Source: an uncultured delta proteobacterium (GTDB lineage: Bacteria; Desulfobacterota; Binatia; UBA9968). Taken from it: DNA of 64,000 nt. The stretch is from positions 32,001-96,000 of the forward strand of contig CAVXEP010000002.1 of the NCBI GenBank assembly GCA_963760795.1. Reading direction: 5' to 3'. A program made the translations under genes and the position numbers. The notes below the pieces were generated by a model. It did not search any database. It was given only the letters and a program-made list of their open reading frames with translations, and had not been told where the DNA came from. Shown piece after piece: positions 19,368-29,384 of the stretch. Each line of letters begins with the position of its first letter. Position 1 is the first letter of the stretch.

Positions 19368-20075
19368 CTATCCCAAGTGTTTCCGCAGAAACTCCAAGCC
19401 GCGCGCCCACGACTCGCGATCGGATTTTTCCACATACCGGTCCGGATGATGCGGGTCCATGAACGAGTGGCCGGTGTCTTGGTAAACGTAGAAATCGTGC
19501 GCCTTGCCATGCTTGGTCAGCTCGGCAGCGAGCTTCGCCATGTCGTCCAAAGTCGGATTCTGATCGGTGGCGCCGAAATGACCTTGGATCGGGCAGGAAA
19601 TCAGCGCCGTGCGTTCGAACGGCGTCGGCCCCTCACCCCACTGGCGAAAACAGCTGCCGCCGTACCAGGTGATCGCCGCTTTGAAATCCTTGCTCGCCGC
19701 CGCCATCAGGTATGCCACCCGCCCGCCCATGCAGAAACCAAGAATCGCCACTCGCTTGCTGTCAACCAGCTTGTTGCCGCGCAAGTGCGCCATGGTGGCA
19801 TCGATGTCCTTGATGATGTTGGTGTCCCGCGCCCGGCCGCGCCGCGTCGGTCCGTCATCTTTACAGTCCGGCCCATCGCGATGATAGAGATCCGGGCACA
19901 CGGCGAAGTAACCGTCGCGCGCGAACCGCTCGGTCATCTCCTCCATGAACTTGTCCACGCCATACTGATGCTGGATCACCACCACCGCCGGCAGCGGCCC
20001 GTTGCCATCGGGCTGGGCCGAAAATAAATTCATCGCGCTGCCGTCAACGTTAATCTGCTCACGAATCGTTTTCAC
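19368..20075 (-). CDS. Dienelactone hydrolase family protein
   Basis: GFCMGG nucleophile motif; GHSF. Confidence 0.9.
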   Translation of the reverse strand: MKTIREQINVDGSAMNLFSAQPDGNGPLPAVVVIQHQYGVDKFMEEMTERFARDGYFAVCPDLYHRDGPDCKDDGPTRRGRARDTNIIKDIDATMAHLRGNKLVDSKRVAILGFCMGGRVAYLMAAASKDFKAAITWYGGSCFRQWGEGPTPFERTALISCPIQGHFGATDQNPTLDDMAKLAAELTKHGKAHDFYVYQDTGHSFMDPHHPDRYVEKSDRESWARGLEFLRKHLG

Positions 20076-20125
20076 AGTTCACCTCGATTGAATTCATCTC
20101 TCGCTTGTATCCGTATCGCTAACCG

Positions 20126-20193
20126 ATCGGCAAATCTATGTGCATCGACATCTGCCGATTTCTTATCTGCGAACTTTGCGTTCTTTGCGGCCA
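20126..20193. repeat. Small palindrome plus family C repeat
   Basis: atcggca...tgccgat; tctgcgaactttgcgttctttgcggcca. Confidence 0.65.
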
Positions 20194-20222
20194 ATCTTGC
20201 GCCTGCGAATCCTACCGCGCGA

Positions 20223-22007
20223 TCACTTACTGCGCTGCGCGAAGCTCATCTCCTCGACCAGCGTCGGCAAATACGCCGCCACTAGCGCCGGCGTGCCTTT
20301 GCGCACTTGATCGAGCGCCAGCTTGAGCGCGGCACCTACTTGCTCCGGCTCGCTCACGGTGGTGCCAAAACAGTTGGCCGCCTCGGCGAGCTTGGCGAAA
20401 TCCGGCGGCGGGTCGAAAATGCCGCCTTCGTAATTTTCCGTGCGCACCGCCACGCCGTTGGGATAAGCGCGCTTGAGCCCGTTTGTGCCGGTCGTATACG
20501 ACCGGTTGACGAAGACCACGGCCAAAAACGGCGCCTTATAGTGCGCCGCCGACCACAGCGCCGGCATCGGCGTGCCGAACATGAAATAGCCGTCGCCGGT
20601 GGCGAGCACGACATCGCGATCGGGCGCCGCCAATTTGGCGCCAAACGCCGCGCCGCTGCCCCAGCCGCCCGACGAACCGCCGCTGGCGAAATAAGTTCCC
20701 GCTTGTGATCGTCCATGATGGTCGCAGACAAATCCGGAGTTGCTGATCGCGTCATCGAGTAAGATGGCATCAGGTTCGAGAATCTTTCCCAGCTGATAGG
20801 CGACCCAGCGCGGGTGCATCGGCTTGCGCTTTCCCGCTTCCTGGCCCTGCTGCTCTGCCTGCGCGATCATTTCTTGCTTACGCGCCGCCAAACGCTCGCG
20901 CCGCTCGGCGATGCGGCTCATGTCGCTCTTCGACAACAGCGCGGTGGCCGCGTCGTGAATCGCCTGCGCTGCCGCCGCCACCGACACCGGCAACCAGAGA
21001 TCGGCTTGAAACTCCATCGTCTTATAGTTGGACATCACCGGATCGGCATCGACCCAAATCGTCTTGCTGCCCGGCTTGGGCGCAGCGTTGGGCGAGATGT
21101 ACGGCACCAACGCTTCGAGCATGAGCGATACATCGGCATCCTTGACCTCCGGCCCGGTGCCGTAAAGCGCGTGGGTGGTGGGAAAATTCAAACGGTCCAA
21201 ACGGTCGGCATCGACCAGCGGCAGCGCGAGCAACTCGGCCAACCGAACGATCGCCGCCACCGCTTCCGGATTGCGCCCCGCCGCGGCGGAATAAATGCAC
21301 GGATTACGCGCGTCGATCAGCCATTGAGCCGCGCGCTTGGCATCGGCGGGATCGGGCCAAGCCGGCCGGGCGACACCGAGTTCGTCGCGCGTCGGAAAAT
21401 AACTTTTGCCTGGCAACTTGAGCATGGCGGTCTCGCGCGGCACCGTCAAATACGCCGGCCCCTTGGGTTCGCTCATGGAGATTTGCAGTAACCTGCTGAT
21501 GAGCAATCCCGGATTGTCCTGATGTTCCAGACGGTGATCGACTTTGGTGTACTGGCGCACGATGCCGCCTTGATCGCGCGGCTCTTGCACCCACTGCACC
21601 GGGCTGTTGCGCGCGCCGGCCATGGAGCCGGGATAAGCGCGCGGGCCGGTGCCGGCGGTGATCAACACCGGATAGTTGCCGCGCCACGCCGTGTGAATCG
21701 CGCCGCCGTAATTGAGCGTGCCGACATCGACATGCACCGCGGTGGCCGCCGGCTGATTGCGCACCATGGCGCTCCCCAGCGCGGCGTTGAGCGCCACCGC
21801 TTCATGGGTCACGGTGATCAGCTTCGGCGCCGGCCAGCCGCGCTCGTTGGCCTTGGCAATACTCTCCTGCCAAAACGCAATCTCCGAGCCCGAGACGAAA
21901 AATAAATGATCGATGCCGCCCAGTTTCATCGACTGGACCAGCGCGTCCGACCAATCCTCGCCGGGATATTCCTGCCAGCGCGCATCATGGGAAATTGCCT
22001 CAGCCAT
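20223..22007 (-). CDS. Thiamine diphosphate-dependent enzyme (acetolactate synthase/benzoylformate decarboxylase-like)
   Basis: THEAVA catalytic Glu; GDG...N ThDP motif. Confidence 0.88.
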   Translation of the reverse strand: MAEAISHDARWQEYPGEDWSDALVQSMKLGGIDHLFFVSGSEIAFWQESIAKANERGWPAPKLITVTHEAVALNAALGSAMVRNQPAATAVHVDVGTLNYGGAIHTAWRGNYPVLITAGTGPRAYPGSMAGARNSPVQWVQEPRDQGGIVRQYTKVDHRLEHQDNPGLLISRLLQISMSEPKGPAYLTVPRETAMLKLPGKSYFPTRDELGVARPAWPDPADAKRAAQWLIDARNPCIYSAAAGRNPEAVAAIVRLAELLALPLVDADRLDRLNFPTTHALYGTGPEVKDADVSLMLEALVPYISPNAAPKPGSKTIWVDADPVMSNYKTMEFQADLWLPVSVAAAAQAIHDAATALLSKSDMSRIAERRERLAARKQEMIAQAEQQGQEAGKRKPMHPRWVAYQLGKILEPDAILLDDAISNSGFVCDHHGRSQAGTYFASGGSSGGWGSGAAFGAKLAAPDRDVVLATGDGYFMFGTPMPALWSAAHYKAPFLAVVFVNRSYTTGTNGLKRAYPNGVAVRTENYEGGIFDPPPDFAKLAEAANCFGTTVSEPEQVGAALKLALDQVRKGTPALVAAYLPTLVEEMSFAQRSK

Positions 22008-22083
22008 AATCAAAGTCTCCTCTCGCAATCGTTCAGAAGTTCTCCGCGTTGTTCCGGATTTTTAATTTTTGACTATTGGTTTC

Positions 22084-22195
22084 TTATTCGCTCGCGTCCC
22101 CAGAGACTCTCATCGAAGCCGCTCTTCACCATCTCGTCCAAATATTTCACTATCGATCAGACTGTTGCGGCTTGATATTCTTCGCTCCGGCGTCG
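22084..22195 (-). pseudogene. C-terminal remnant of an NMT1-like substrate-binding protein
   Basis: AGAKNIKPQQ/LID/KYLDEMVKSGFDESLWDASE-stop; resembles the FVDESIIDELERDGF tail of the SBP at 59194. Confidence 0.5.
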
Positions 22196-22202
22196 GTGGG
22201 CG

Positions 22203-22293
22203 TCCCGAACCTTTGTGCCTTTTGCGTTCTTTGCGGCCATCCCTCCGAATCCGAAATTCCCCCAACACTCCACGACTCCATCACCCCACTCCC
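22203..22293. repeat. Family C plus family D repeats
   Basis: ctttgtgccttttgcgttctttgcggccatccctccgaatccgaa; acactccacgactccatcaccccactcc. Confidence 0.75.
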
Positions 22294-22295
22294 CG

Positions 22296-24044
22296 TCACG
22301 CCAACGGATTCTTACAGATCACATTGAGCAGCGCCTGGCGCTTTTCTTCTCTCACCACCCGCAGCGCCTTCGCTAACGCATCCGGCAATGCCGCCGGGTC
22401 TTCCACCCGCGCCGCGTAGGCGCCGCAGGCTTGCGCCGTCAGCTCGAAGTTCGGTGACGGCGTCAGATCCGTGCCGGGAAAGTTGCGCGTCCTGGCCGCC
22501 ACGCCGTCGGGATAGAGACCGCGCGCCGCGTTCAGACTCGCGTTCCAGACTTGGTTATTGTAGATGACCGTCAAGAATGGAATCTGATATTTCTGCGCCG
22601 TGAAATGACATGCCGTCGGCGCGCAGAACATATACGAGCCGTCGCCTTCCGCCGCGATGACGGTCGCGTCCGGTTTTCCCAATTTCATGCCGATGGCCGC
22701 GCCCAGGCCCCAGCCAAGATGGCCGGCGAGCGGCGTGTTGAACATCGAACCGGGCCGGTTCAAATGAATCACTTCCGCCAACTTCGAGGTAATCGACTCG
22801 TTGGCGATGATGGTCTTGTCGTCCATCGCGTCGCCGATACACTTCGACAGCCAGTAGGGGTGAATCGGCGTTTGGTTTTTCACCGCCTCGACGCTGGCGT
22901 CCATCTCACGGATCATCGCCTGATGCTCGGCCTCGGTTTGCTTGCGCCGCTCGTCGAGTTTCGCTTGTGACACCGCGCCGCCTTTAAGCTTGTTGCGGAT
23001 GATCGCGTTCAGCGCCGGCAGCGACACTTCCGAACAACCGCTCACCGGTAAGTCGGCGGGAAAACCCCAACCGGGTATGCCGGTGAACAGCGGATCGCGC
23101 TCCAGGTGAGCGATCTTGACGCCGTCGCGCAAAACGTTGCGGTTGGGCGGCTCCCAGGGCACGTCGGTGTCGATGAAAAACAACACATCCGAGTTGCGAA
23201 CATACTTGGTCACCTGGGTGCCAAGATGCATCGGGTGGTCGGTGGGGAAATTGACATAATTCATTTGCTGGACAACTGGGATCGCCAGCAACTCGCTCAA
23301 CTCGATCAACGACTGCACCGCTTCGGGATTGCGGCCGAGATATTTCGTGACGATCAAGGGACTTTCCGAGCCGATCAGCCAGTCGGCGATTTTTTCCAAC
23401 GAAGCTTGGTCGGCTTGCGTCTTACTCGCCGGCGCCAGCGCATCCGGCGCAAACACCTGGGTCGATTCGAGCACCTCGGCCAGCCACTCCCGCGGCAAAG
23501 TCATGTACACCGGGCCGCGCGGTTCGCTCATGGCGATCTTGTAGGCGCGCGACACCACCGCGGCGAGATTCTGATTAGTGCGAATTTCGTAGTCCCACTT
23601 GACAAACTCGCGGACCACGCCGCCTTGATCGCGCGACTCTTGGCGCCAGTGAATGTTTTGGCTCTTGCCGCCGCGCAGCTCGCCCTCGGTGATCGGCGTG
23701 CGCCCGGCGCAGAGAAACAGCGGCACGTTGGCCGACGCCGCGTTGATGATGCCGCCGAGCGCATTGGCCGTGCCCGGCAGCGTGTGCACCAAAACCATCT
23801 GCGGCTCTTGGGTGACATTATAGTAACCATGGGCCATCGACACCGCCGCCTGCTCGTGCGGCACGACGATGGGCCGAATGTCGCGCGGATCTTCGCTCGC
23901 CGTGCGTGCCATCGCTTCGATCAGCGGGCCGTGATCGGTACCGGTGTTGGCGAACATGTAACGCACCGAGCCCAGCGCGCGCATCTGCGCGAGAAATGCC
24001 TCGGCGCCACTGGAAACGGCTACGGTCTTGTTTGGCGTGGTCAT
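22296..24044 (-). CDS. Thiamine diphosphate-dependent enzyme, paralog 2
   Basis: PHEQAA; EGDGSY...YNN motif. Confidence 0.9.
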   Translation of the reverse strand: MTTPNKTVAVSSGAEAFLAQMRALGSVRYMFANTGTDHGPLIEAMARTASEDPRDIRPIVVPHEQAAVSMAHGYYNVTQEPQMVLVHTLPGTANALGGIINAASANVPLFLCAGRTPITEGELRGGKSQNIHWRQESRDQGGVVREFVKWDYEIRTNQNLAAVVSRAYKIAMSEPRGPVYMTLPREWLAEVLESTQVFAPDALAPASKTQADQASLEKIADWLIGSESPLIVTKYLGRNPEAVQSLIELSELLAIPVVQQMNYVNFPTDHPMHLGTQVTKYVRNSDVLFFIDTDVPWEPPNRNVLRDGVKIAHLERDPLFTGIPGWGFPADLPVSGCSEVSLPALNAIIRNKLKGGAVSQAKLDERRKQTEAEHQAMIREMDASVEAVKNQTPIHPYWLSKCIGDAMDDKTIIANESITSKLAEVIHLNRPGSMFNTPLAGHLGWGLGAAIGMKLGKPDATVIAAEGDGSYMFCAPTACHFTAQKYQIPFLTVIYNNQVWNASLNAARGLYPDGVAARTRNFPGTDLTPSPNFELTAQACGAYAARVEDPAALPDALAKALRVVREEKRQALLNVICKNPLA

Positions 24045-24157
24045 CAAACTATTCCTCCTGTCGGCAAAACGGTCTCACTCTGTCAGGTGTCAAAATAGTT
24101 TGCAATGATAATTTGGCCATTCGTAAGCCGCGGTGGCGAAGACGCAACCAAGAAAAA

Positions 24158-24354
24158 GAATGGCCGCAAAGAACGCAAAGGGCGCAAAATAAAAAACGTG
24201 AGTGTCTGAGCGGCTTTGAAACCCAGCTCGAGAAGGGTCAAATCTTTCTTAGATCTTTCGCATTCGCTCGGGATAATAGGCAGCGTCCGTCACCTTTCGC
24301 GGGAGATAATCCGAGTTTCCCTTTTGTGCCTTTTGCGTTCTTTGCGGCCAATTC
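24158..24354. repeat. Family C inverted pair enclosing a copy of the 7006-7120 module (MITE-like)
   Basis: tggccgcaaagaacgcaaagggcgcaaaa ... ttttgtgccttttgcgttctttgcggcca; the interior agatctttcgcattcgctcgggat..gtccgtcacctt..gcgggagataatccgag resembles 7037-7117. Confidence 0.75.
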
Positions 24355-24405
24355 TCCAAGTCCTCATCGGTCAACCAGTAATTGACTTTGTCTTCCCCTG
24401 CCGCA

Positions 24406-25598
24406 ATGATCGAAACTTCCCATGTCGAGCAGCGAATCATCAGCAGCAAGCATCACTCGGCACATCCGTGGCTCAAGGACTTCGTCCTCACCTGGCTTTG
24501 CCGCTTCGGGATTTTTCTTGCCCATCATGTCACTCGGCCGCTGCTACCGCTCTATCTGATTACCTTCGGCGCGTCGTCGACGGTCATCGGCGCTGTGATG
24601 GCGGTGTTCACGATCACCGCTACGATGATGCGCATTCCCATCGGCCTGCTCATCGACCGCGTCGGCCGCAAACCGTTTTTGCTTTACGGCATCGCCTTTT
24701 TTACCGCCGGCAAGTTGGGTTATCTGTGGGCGCCGTCGATTTTGCTCATGCTGCCGTTTCGCGTGTTGCATGGTCTCGGCTGGTCCGGCTGCACCACCGC
24801 GGTCTCGACCATCAACGCCGACATCGTGCCACAAGCGCGGCGCGGCGAACTGATGGGCTACGCCGGCATGGCCAGCAGCCTCGCTTCCGCGTTGGGACCG
24901 GTGCTGGGTTTCGCGCTGTTTCATCGCTTCGACTATTCCGGCGTATTTCATCGGCGCCAGCGCATTACTGAGTCTTCAGCTTCATCTTCGCCGTTCCAGT
25001 CGCGGAGCCGAAACGACCGGCAACCGAACCCTACAAAGCCGAGCGCTGGATCGACAACATCATGGTCAAAGAATCCCTCGACCCGGCCATCGGCGTGGCG
25101 TTTCTTTCCTTCGGTCACGGCGGCATTCTAACTTTCTTGCCGATCCATGCCTTGAAAATCGGCCTGGCCAATCCCGGTATCTGGTTCGGCGTTTACGCCG
25201 CCTGCATACTCCTGAGCCGGCCCATCGCCGGACCGATCTCGGATCGAGTCAGCCGTCGCGCCGTGATCATTCCGGGGTTGATTTTGAATCTCGCCGGCAT
25301 CGTCATGCTGGCGTTCTCGACGACGTCCAATGGCTTGATGGCCGCGGCGATCGTCGGCGGCTTTGGCACCGGCGCGGCGCAACCAGCGCTAATGACCCAG
25401 GCGGTGGATCGCAGCGACGGCCAACGGCGCGGCCAATCGCTGGCGCAGTTTCAGTTCTTCTACGACCTTGGTATCGGCATCGGCTCCTTGACCCTCGGCG
25501 CGTTACTTGATTTGGTCAACCAAAGTTTTCGAATCATGTATCTCGCCACCGCGGTGGTGGCACTGCTCGGCCTATGGATCAATTGGCGGGGCAAATAA
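24406..25598 (+). CDS. MFS transporter (two apparent 1-bp insertions near 24948-24977)
   Basis: Motif A GLLIDRVGRK; second half GPISDRVSRR; about 12 hydrophobic segments in total. Confidence 0.85.
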
Positions 25599-25629
25599 TT
25601 CGGCTCGTTCCGCATCAATCTTTTTCCGG

Positions 25630-25694
25630 TTCCCTCGCCAATTCCGATGGCAGAGGGCCTGTCCTGAGCGTGTCGAAGGAGCGAGGGTGAGGGA
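25630..25694. repeat. CCCTC/GAGGG-type REP-like element interrupted by a 23-bp CCTGTCCTGAGC..TCGAAGGA module
   Basis: tccctcgcc..ggcagaggg[cctgtcctgagcgtgtcgaagga]gcgagggtgaggga. Confidence 0.65.
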
Positions 25695-25698
25695 AACC

Positions 25699-26691
25699 AT
25701 GAACATGTGGCGAAGAATTTGGATAGCAATCTTCACCCTCAGCGGGTTATTTTGCATCCCCACCGCACACTCCCAAGAGCCGCGCAAGATCCGCGTCGGT
25801 ATCCCGACGCTGTCACCGATCATCGCCGCCACGCTGGTGCCGCGAGACCGAGGCTATTTCAAACAGGAGGGTCTCGATGTCGAAACTATCGTGATCCGCT
25901 CGGCACCGTCGGTGCTCGCGCTTGCCGCCAAGGAAATCGATTTTCTCATGACCGGCGGCGGCGGCCTCAGCGGCGCCCTGCGTGGTTTACCGCTGCGCGT
26001 GGTCTTCGCGCCGTTGCGCCGGCCGACCTACGCGCTTTATGCCAAACCGGAAATTCGCACCATCGCCGAACTCGAAGGCAAGCGCGTCGGCATCTCGAGC
26101 TACGGCAGCGGACCCGATCTGCTGCTGCGCGATGTGTTGAAGAAACGAATGAGTGACGGCGGCAAGAAGGTTACCATCCTCGCCGTTGGCAGCGGCACCG
26201 AACGTTACATCGCCCTCAAGACCAACATCGTCGATGCCGCCGTTCTGTCATCGCCGGTAACGTTGACGGCCAAGCAGGAAGGCTTTCGCGAGCTATTTTC
26301 ATTTTTCACCGATAAAGAATACGCCGACATCCCGGTGGCGACTTTTACCCGCGACGACATGCTGCAGACCAACGCCGCGCTGGTCGAGCGATTCGTCCGC
26401 GCCCAGGTGAAAGGATTGCTCTACATGCGCGCCAATCGTGACGGCGCCGCCGGCGCGCTGGCCCGCGCGCTTAAATCGAAAGAGAGCGAAACCGGCCCCG
26501 CCTTCGACGAGATCCGCCCGACCATGACTGAGGACGGCACGATCACTCTGGACGAACAACGCAAAGCGCTGGAATATTTGCTCTCGCCGGCCCAACAGAA
26601 GGAACCGCCGCGTCTAGAGCGCATTTACGATTTCACCCTGGCGCGAAAGGCATATCAGGAACTCCAAGCGCGCGGCTGGAAACCGGAATAG
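25699..26691 (+). CDS. ABC substrate-binding protein, NMT1/SsuA-like
   Basis: Signal peptide; DRGYFKQEGLDVE and ELEGKRVGISSYGS motifs. Confidence 0.87.
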   Translation: MNMWRRIWIAIFTLSGLFCIPTAHSQEPRKIRVGIPTLSPIIAATLVPRDRGYFKQEGLDVETIVIRSAPSVLALAAKEIDFLMTGGGGLSGALRGLPLRVVFAPLRRPTYALYAKPEIRTIAELEGKRVGISSYGSGPDLLLRDVLKKRMSDGGKKVTILAVGSGTERYIALKTNIVDAAVLSSPVTLTAKQEGFRELFSFFTDKEYADIPVATFTRDDMLQTNAALVERFVRAQVKGLLYMRANRDGAAGALARALKSKESETGPAFDEIRPTMTEDGTITLDEQRKALEYLLSPAQQKEPPRLERIYDFTLARKAYQELQARGWKPE

Positions 26692-26846
26692 CAGGGCAAT
26701 TCGTGCTTGCGCCCGATCGGCAGCAGAAATATGACCCGGCACGTTTGATGTCCCGCCCGCGCTTTACACGAAAGCAAAGTAAGACGGGATTTCGAGTCGA
26801 CCTAATCAGTAGCCGTTGGTTTCGCGCCGAAGGTCGGTTGCAAAAA

Positions 26847-26981
26847 GGGCGGGTTTTAAACCCGCCCCTACGATCCAGAAATTTTTTGTGTTCTTTGCGT
26901 TCTTTGCGGCCAATCCTTCCGAATCCGACTCCCCCTCAGTCAACGATTTGAACGGCTTGAACGTTTGGAACAATTGGAACG
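26847..26981. repeat. GTAG-type REP plus family C plus family A repeat cluster
   Basis: gggcgggttttaaacccgcccctac; ttttgtgttctttgcgttctttgcggcca..tccgaatccgac; tttgaacggcttgaacgtttggaacaattggaac. Confidence 0.75.
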
Positions 26982-28157
26982 GGTTTTATTCTTCATGCCG
27001 CATTCGAGATGAAAAAACTTCACGGCGTTGCCGGCGAACATCGCCTGCCTTTCGTTTTCCGGCACTCCGGCGAACTGCTCGTCGGCTAACTCGCGCGATT
27101 TCGGCCAGCGCGTGACGATGTGCGGGAAGTCGGTGGACCACATGACTTTGTCGACACCGACCATGTGGCGTAACTGAATGCCGATGGGATCGTCGAATAC
27201 GCCCCAGTGGGCATGCTCGCGCAGGTATTCGCTCGGCAGCTTTTTCAGCTGGGGCAAGCCCAAGAGTTTTTCCGCCCAGTGGCAGTTGACCTTATAGGTC
27301 TGGTCCATCTGCTGGTAGAAGTAGGGAATCCAGCCGATGTTGTTCTCCGCCCAAAAAATTTGCAGCTTGGGGAAGCGGTCGAACACGCCGGTAAAAATCA
27401 ACTGCGTCGCTTCCACCGCGCCGCAGTGATAAATCCCCTGGCGCGCCAGGCGCTGGAGAAAATCGAACGGCCGGTCTTCGCCCTGGGGATCTTTCGGATA
27501 TTTCATCAGGTAAACGTCGCGCTCGTCGGTGCGGCGCGGAAACGACGTATGGATCGTCACCGGCATGTCGAGGTCGATGGCCGCGGCCCAGAATTTGTCG
27601 TCTTCGGGAGTCGGGAAATTCTTGCCGCTCGGGAAAGTGTGCAAGCGCACCGCTTTGAAGCCTTTTGCTTTGCAGCGCTTCATCTCGGCGACGTTTTCGT
27701 CCGCGCCGATATCCGGCATCACCGCCACACCGATCAAACGGTCGGGGTCGACAGCGCAGTACTCCTCGATGAAATGGTCGTTGAACGCTTGGACGATGGC
27801 GAGAAACGCGTCGCGGTCTTTAATCTTGGTGTTGCGCGCTTCGCTGGCAAACAGCAGCTCGCCGTCGACGCCGTCGGCGTCCTGCTCCTTCAACCGCTGT
27901 TGCGGCGAGCCAGCGCCGACCGAGCTGTCGAAATCGAGACGGGTCGGATCGAATTTCTCTGGTCCCTTGCCGGCGAATAAATTTGTGCCGCGGTATTCCA
28001 GCGGCTGGCCCTCTTCGACGATGGCATCGCGCCCGTCGGCGAGCTTGATGCGGCGCGGCGCGCGGTCGCGATACTTGGCCGGCACCCGGTGCGTCCAGGT
28101 CTCCGGCAGCGATTCGTAATGACTATCGGCGGAAAAATAACGGTACTTGCGGGCCAT
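26940..28157 (-). CDS. Amidohydrolase family 2 protein (true stop probably 26993)
   Basis: FSADSH and WSTDFPH motifs; removing one base gives the ending HLNAA-stop. Confidence 0.88.
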   Translation of the reverse strand: MARKYRYFSADSHYESLPETWTHRVPAKYRDRAPRRIKLADGRDAIVEEGQPLEYRGTNLFAGKGPEKFDPTRLDFDSSVGAGSPQQRLKEQDADGVDGELLFASEARNTKIKDRDAFLAIVQAFNDHFIEEYCAVDPDRLIGVAVMPDIGADENVAEMKRCKAKGFKAVRLHTFPSGKNFPTPEDDKFWAAAIDLDMPVTIHTSFPRRTDERDVYLMKYPKDPQGEDRPFDFLQRLARQGIYHCGAVEATQLIFTGVFDRFPKLQIFWAENNIGWIPYFYQQMDQTYKVNCHWAEKLLGLPQLKKLPSEYLREHAHWGVFDDPIGIQLRHMVGVDKVMWSTDFPHIVTRWPKSRELADEQFAGVPENERQAMFAGNAVKFFHLECGMKNKTRSNCSKRSSRSNR

Positions 28158-28230
28158 TGAAGCAAATCCTCCTAGCGATTCTTAAGCAAGCAAACATGTT
28201 GATACGGCATCACGCAGGCATTCTCTGGAA

Positions 28231-28263
28231 TTCGGATATTCCTCTTTGCGTTCTTTGCGGCCA
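28231..28263. repeat. Family C repeat
   Basis: ttcggatattcctctttgcgttctttgcggcca. Confidence 0.65.
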
Positions 28264-28267
28264 TTCC

Positions 28268-29350
28268 CTACGGCACCAGAATATCCTTCATGATCCTTTC
28301 CATCGGCTTGGACACCAACTCGGACTGCTCGGGACCGACGATCAGAAGCGGGATGCCCCGCTCTTCCAAATTGTTGAGCTCGTCATAGATTGACTTGACG
28401 CCCTTGCGCCCGGAGATCCTGCCGGTCGAGGCGAGAATCTTGGCGCCCTCCGCCGATTTCATGTAGTCAAGGAAAAGCGCGGCGGCATGGGGATTTTTCG
28501 TATTGGTGTAGATGCCGATGGCGCCGCTGATATGCGCCGGCGTCGGGTTGGGAAACACCAGCGCAGCCGGACAGCCGCCTTGCTTCATGCGCAAGAGGCC
28601 GTCAGGATAGATTTCCACGGCGACTTTGAATTCACCGGCGCACAAGAGCTGCGCTTGCAGCGTATGGCCACGCCGCACGATGGCGCCGTGTTTGATCAAT
28701 CCCTCGACGAAGGCGCGAGTTTTCTGCTCGCCCCATGCGGTCAACCAGCCCATCAACGCCCGCTCGGGCTCCATATCGATGGAGAGAGCGCCCTTCCACT
28801 TGGCGTCGAAGAGATCGTCGTAGCCTTTCGGCGCATCTTCTTTCCTGACCAGCTTGGTGTTGTAGCCCAGGGTCGACACACCCAAACTATCGGCGTGCCA
28901 ATAACCGTCTTTATCCGTGTACTCCTTGCCGAAGTTCACCGACTCGGGTGAATGGTAGCGCGTCCAGATGCCCGAGCGCTTGAGCGTCATGACATTTTCG
29001 GTGCCGACCAGCACCGCGTCGGTATCGAGCTGACCGGTGCGGTGCTCCGTCAACGTGCGAAACACTAGCTTATTGCCGCTGCCACGCCAGAATTCCGCCT
29101 TGATGAACGGATAGCGCTTCATGAAGCCGGCGGTGTAAGCGCCGAGCAGCGCGGCGGCGGAAATGCCGTAAAACTTGAAACCGCCTTCCTTGCGCGCGCC
29201 GTCCTCAAGGCGCTTTTGCCGCTGCGCCGGCGGCAGTTTGTTGATCTCGCTGTAAAGCGCTTCGATAGACGCGGCATGCGCGCTTGAGAACAGCGGACAA
29301 ACTAACAGCAATGAAGTCAGCGAATAGGCCAGCAATTTCCTCGGCGCCAT
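28268..29350 (-). CDS. ABC substrate-binding protein (Fe3+/thiamine-like, SBP_bac_6 type)
   Basis: Signal peptide; GARKEG, YNTKLV..APKGYDDLFDAKWKG, NPHAAALFLDY. Confidence 0.85.
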   Translation of the reverse strand: MAPRKLLAYSLTSLLLVCPLFSSAHAASIEALYSEINKLPPAQRQKRLEDGARKEGGFKFYGISAAALLGAYTAGFMKRYPFIKAEFWRGSGNKLVFRTLTEHRTGQLDTDAVLVGTENVMTLKRSGIWTRYHSPESVNFGKEYTDKDGYWHADSLGVSTLGYNTKLVRKEDAPKGYDDLFDAKWKGALSIDMEPERALMGWLTAWGEQKTRAFVEGLIKHGAIVRRGHTLQAQLLCAGEFKVAVEIYPDGLLRMKQGGCPAALVFPNPTPAHISGAIGIYTNTKNPHAAALFLDYMKSAEGAKILASTGRISGRKGVKSIYDELNNLEERGIPLLIVGPEQSELVSKPMERIMKDILVP

Positions 29351-29384
29351 CTTCAATCCTCCATCGTCGATCCTCGACCCGGAC

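Noticed and set aside
26940-26995. Repeat-derived C-terminal tail on the amidohydrolase
   Set aside because: Removing one base gives a normal HLNAA-stop, so an indel artefact is more likely.
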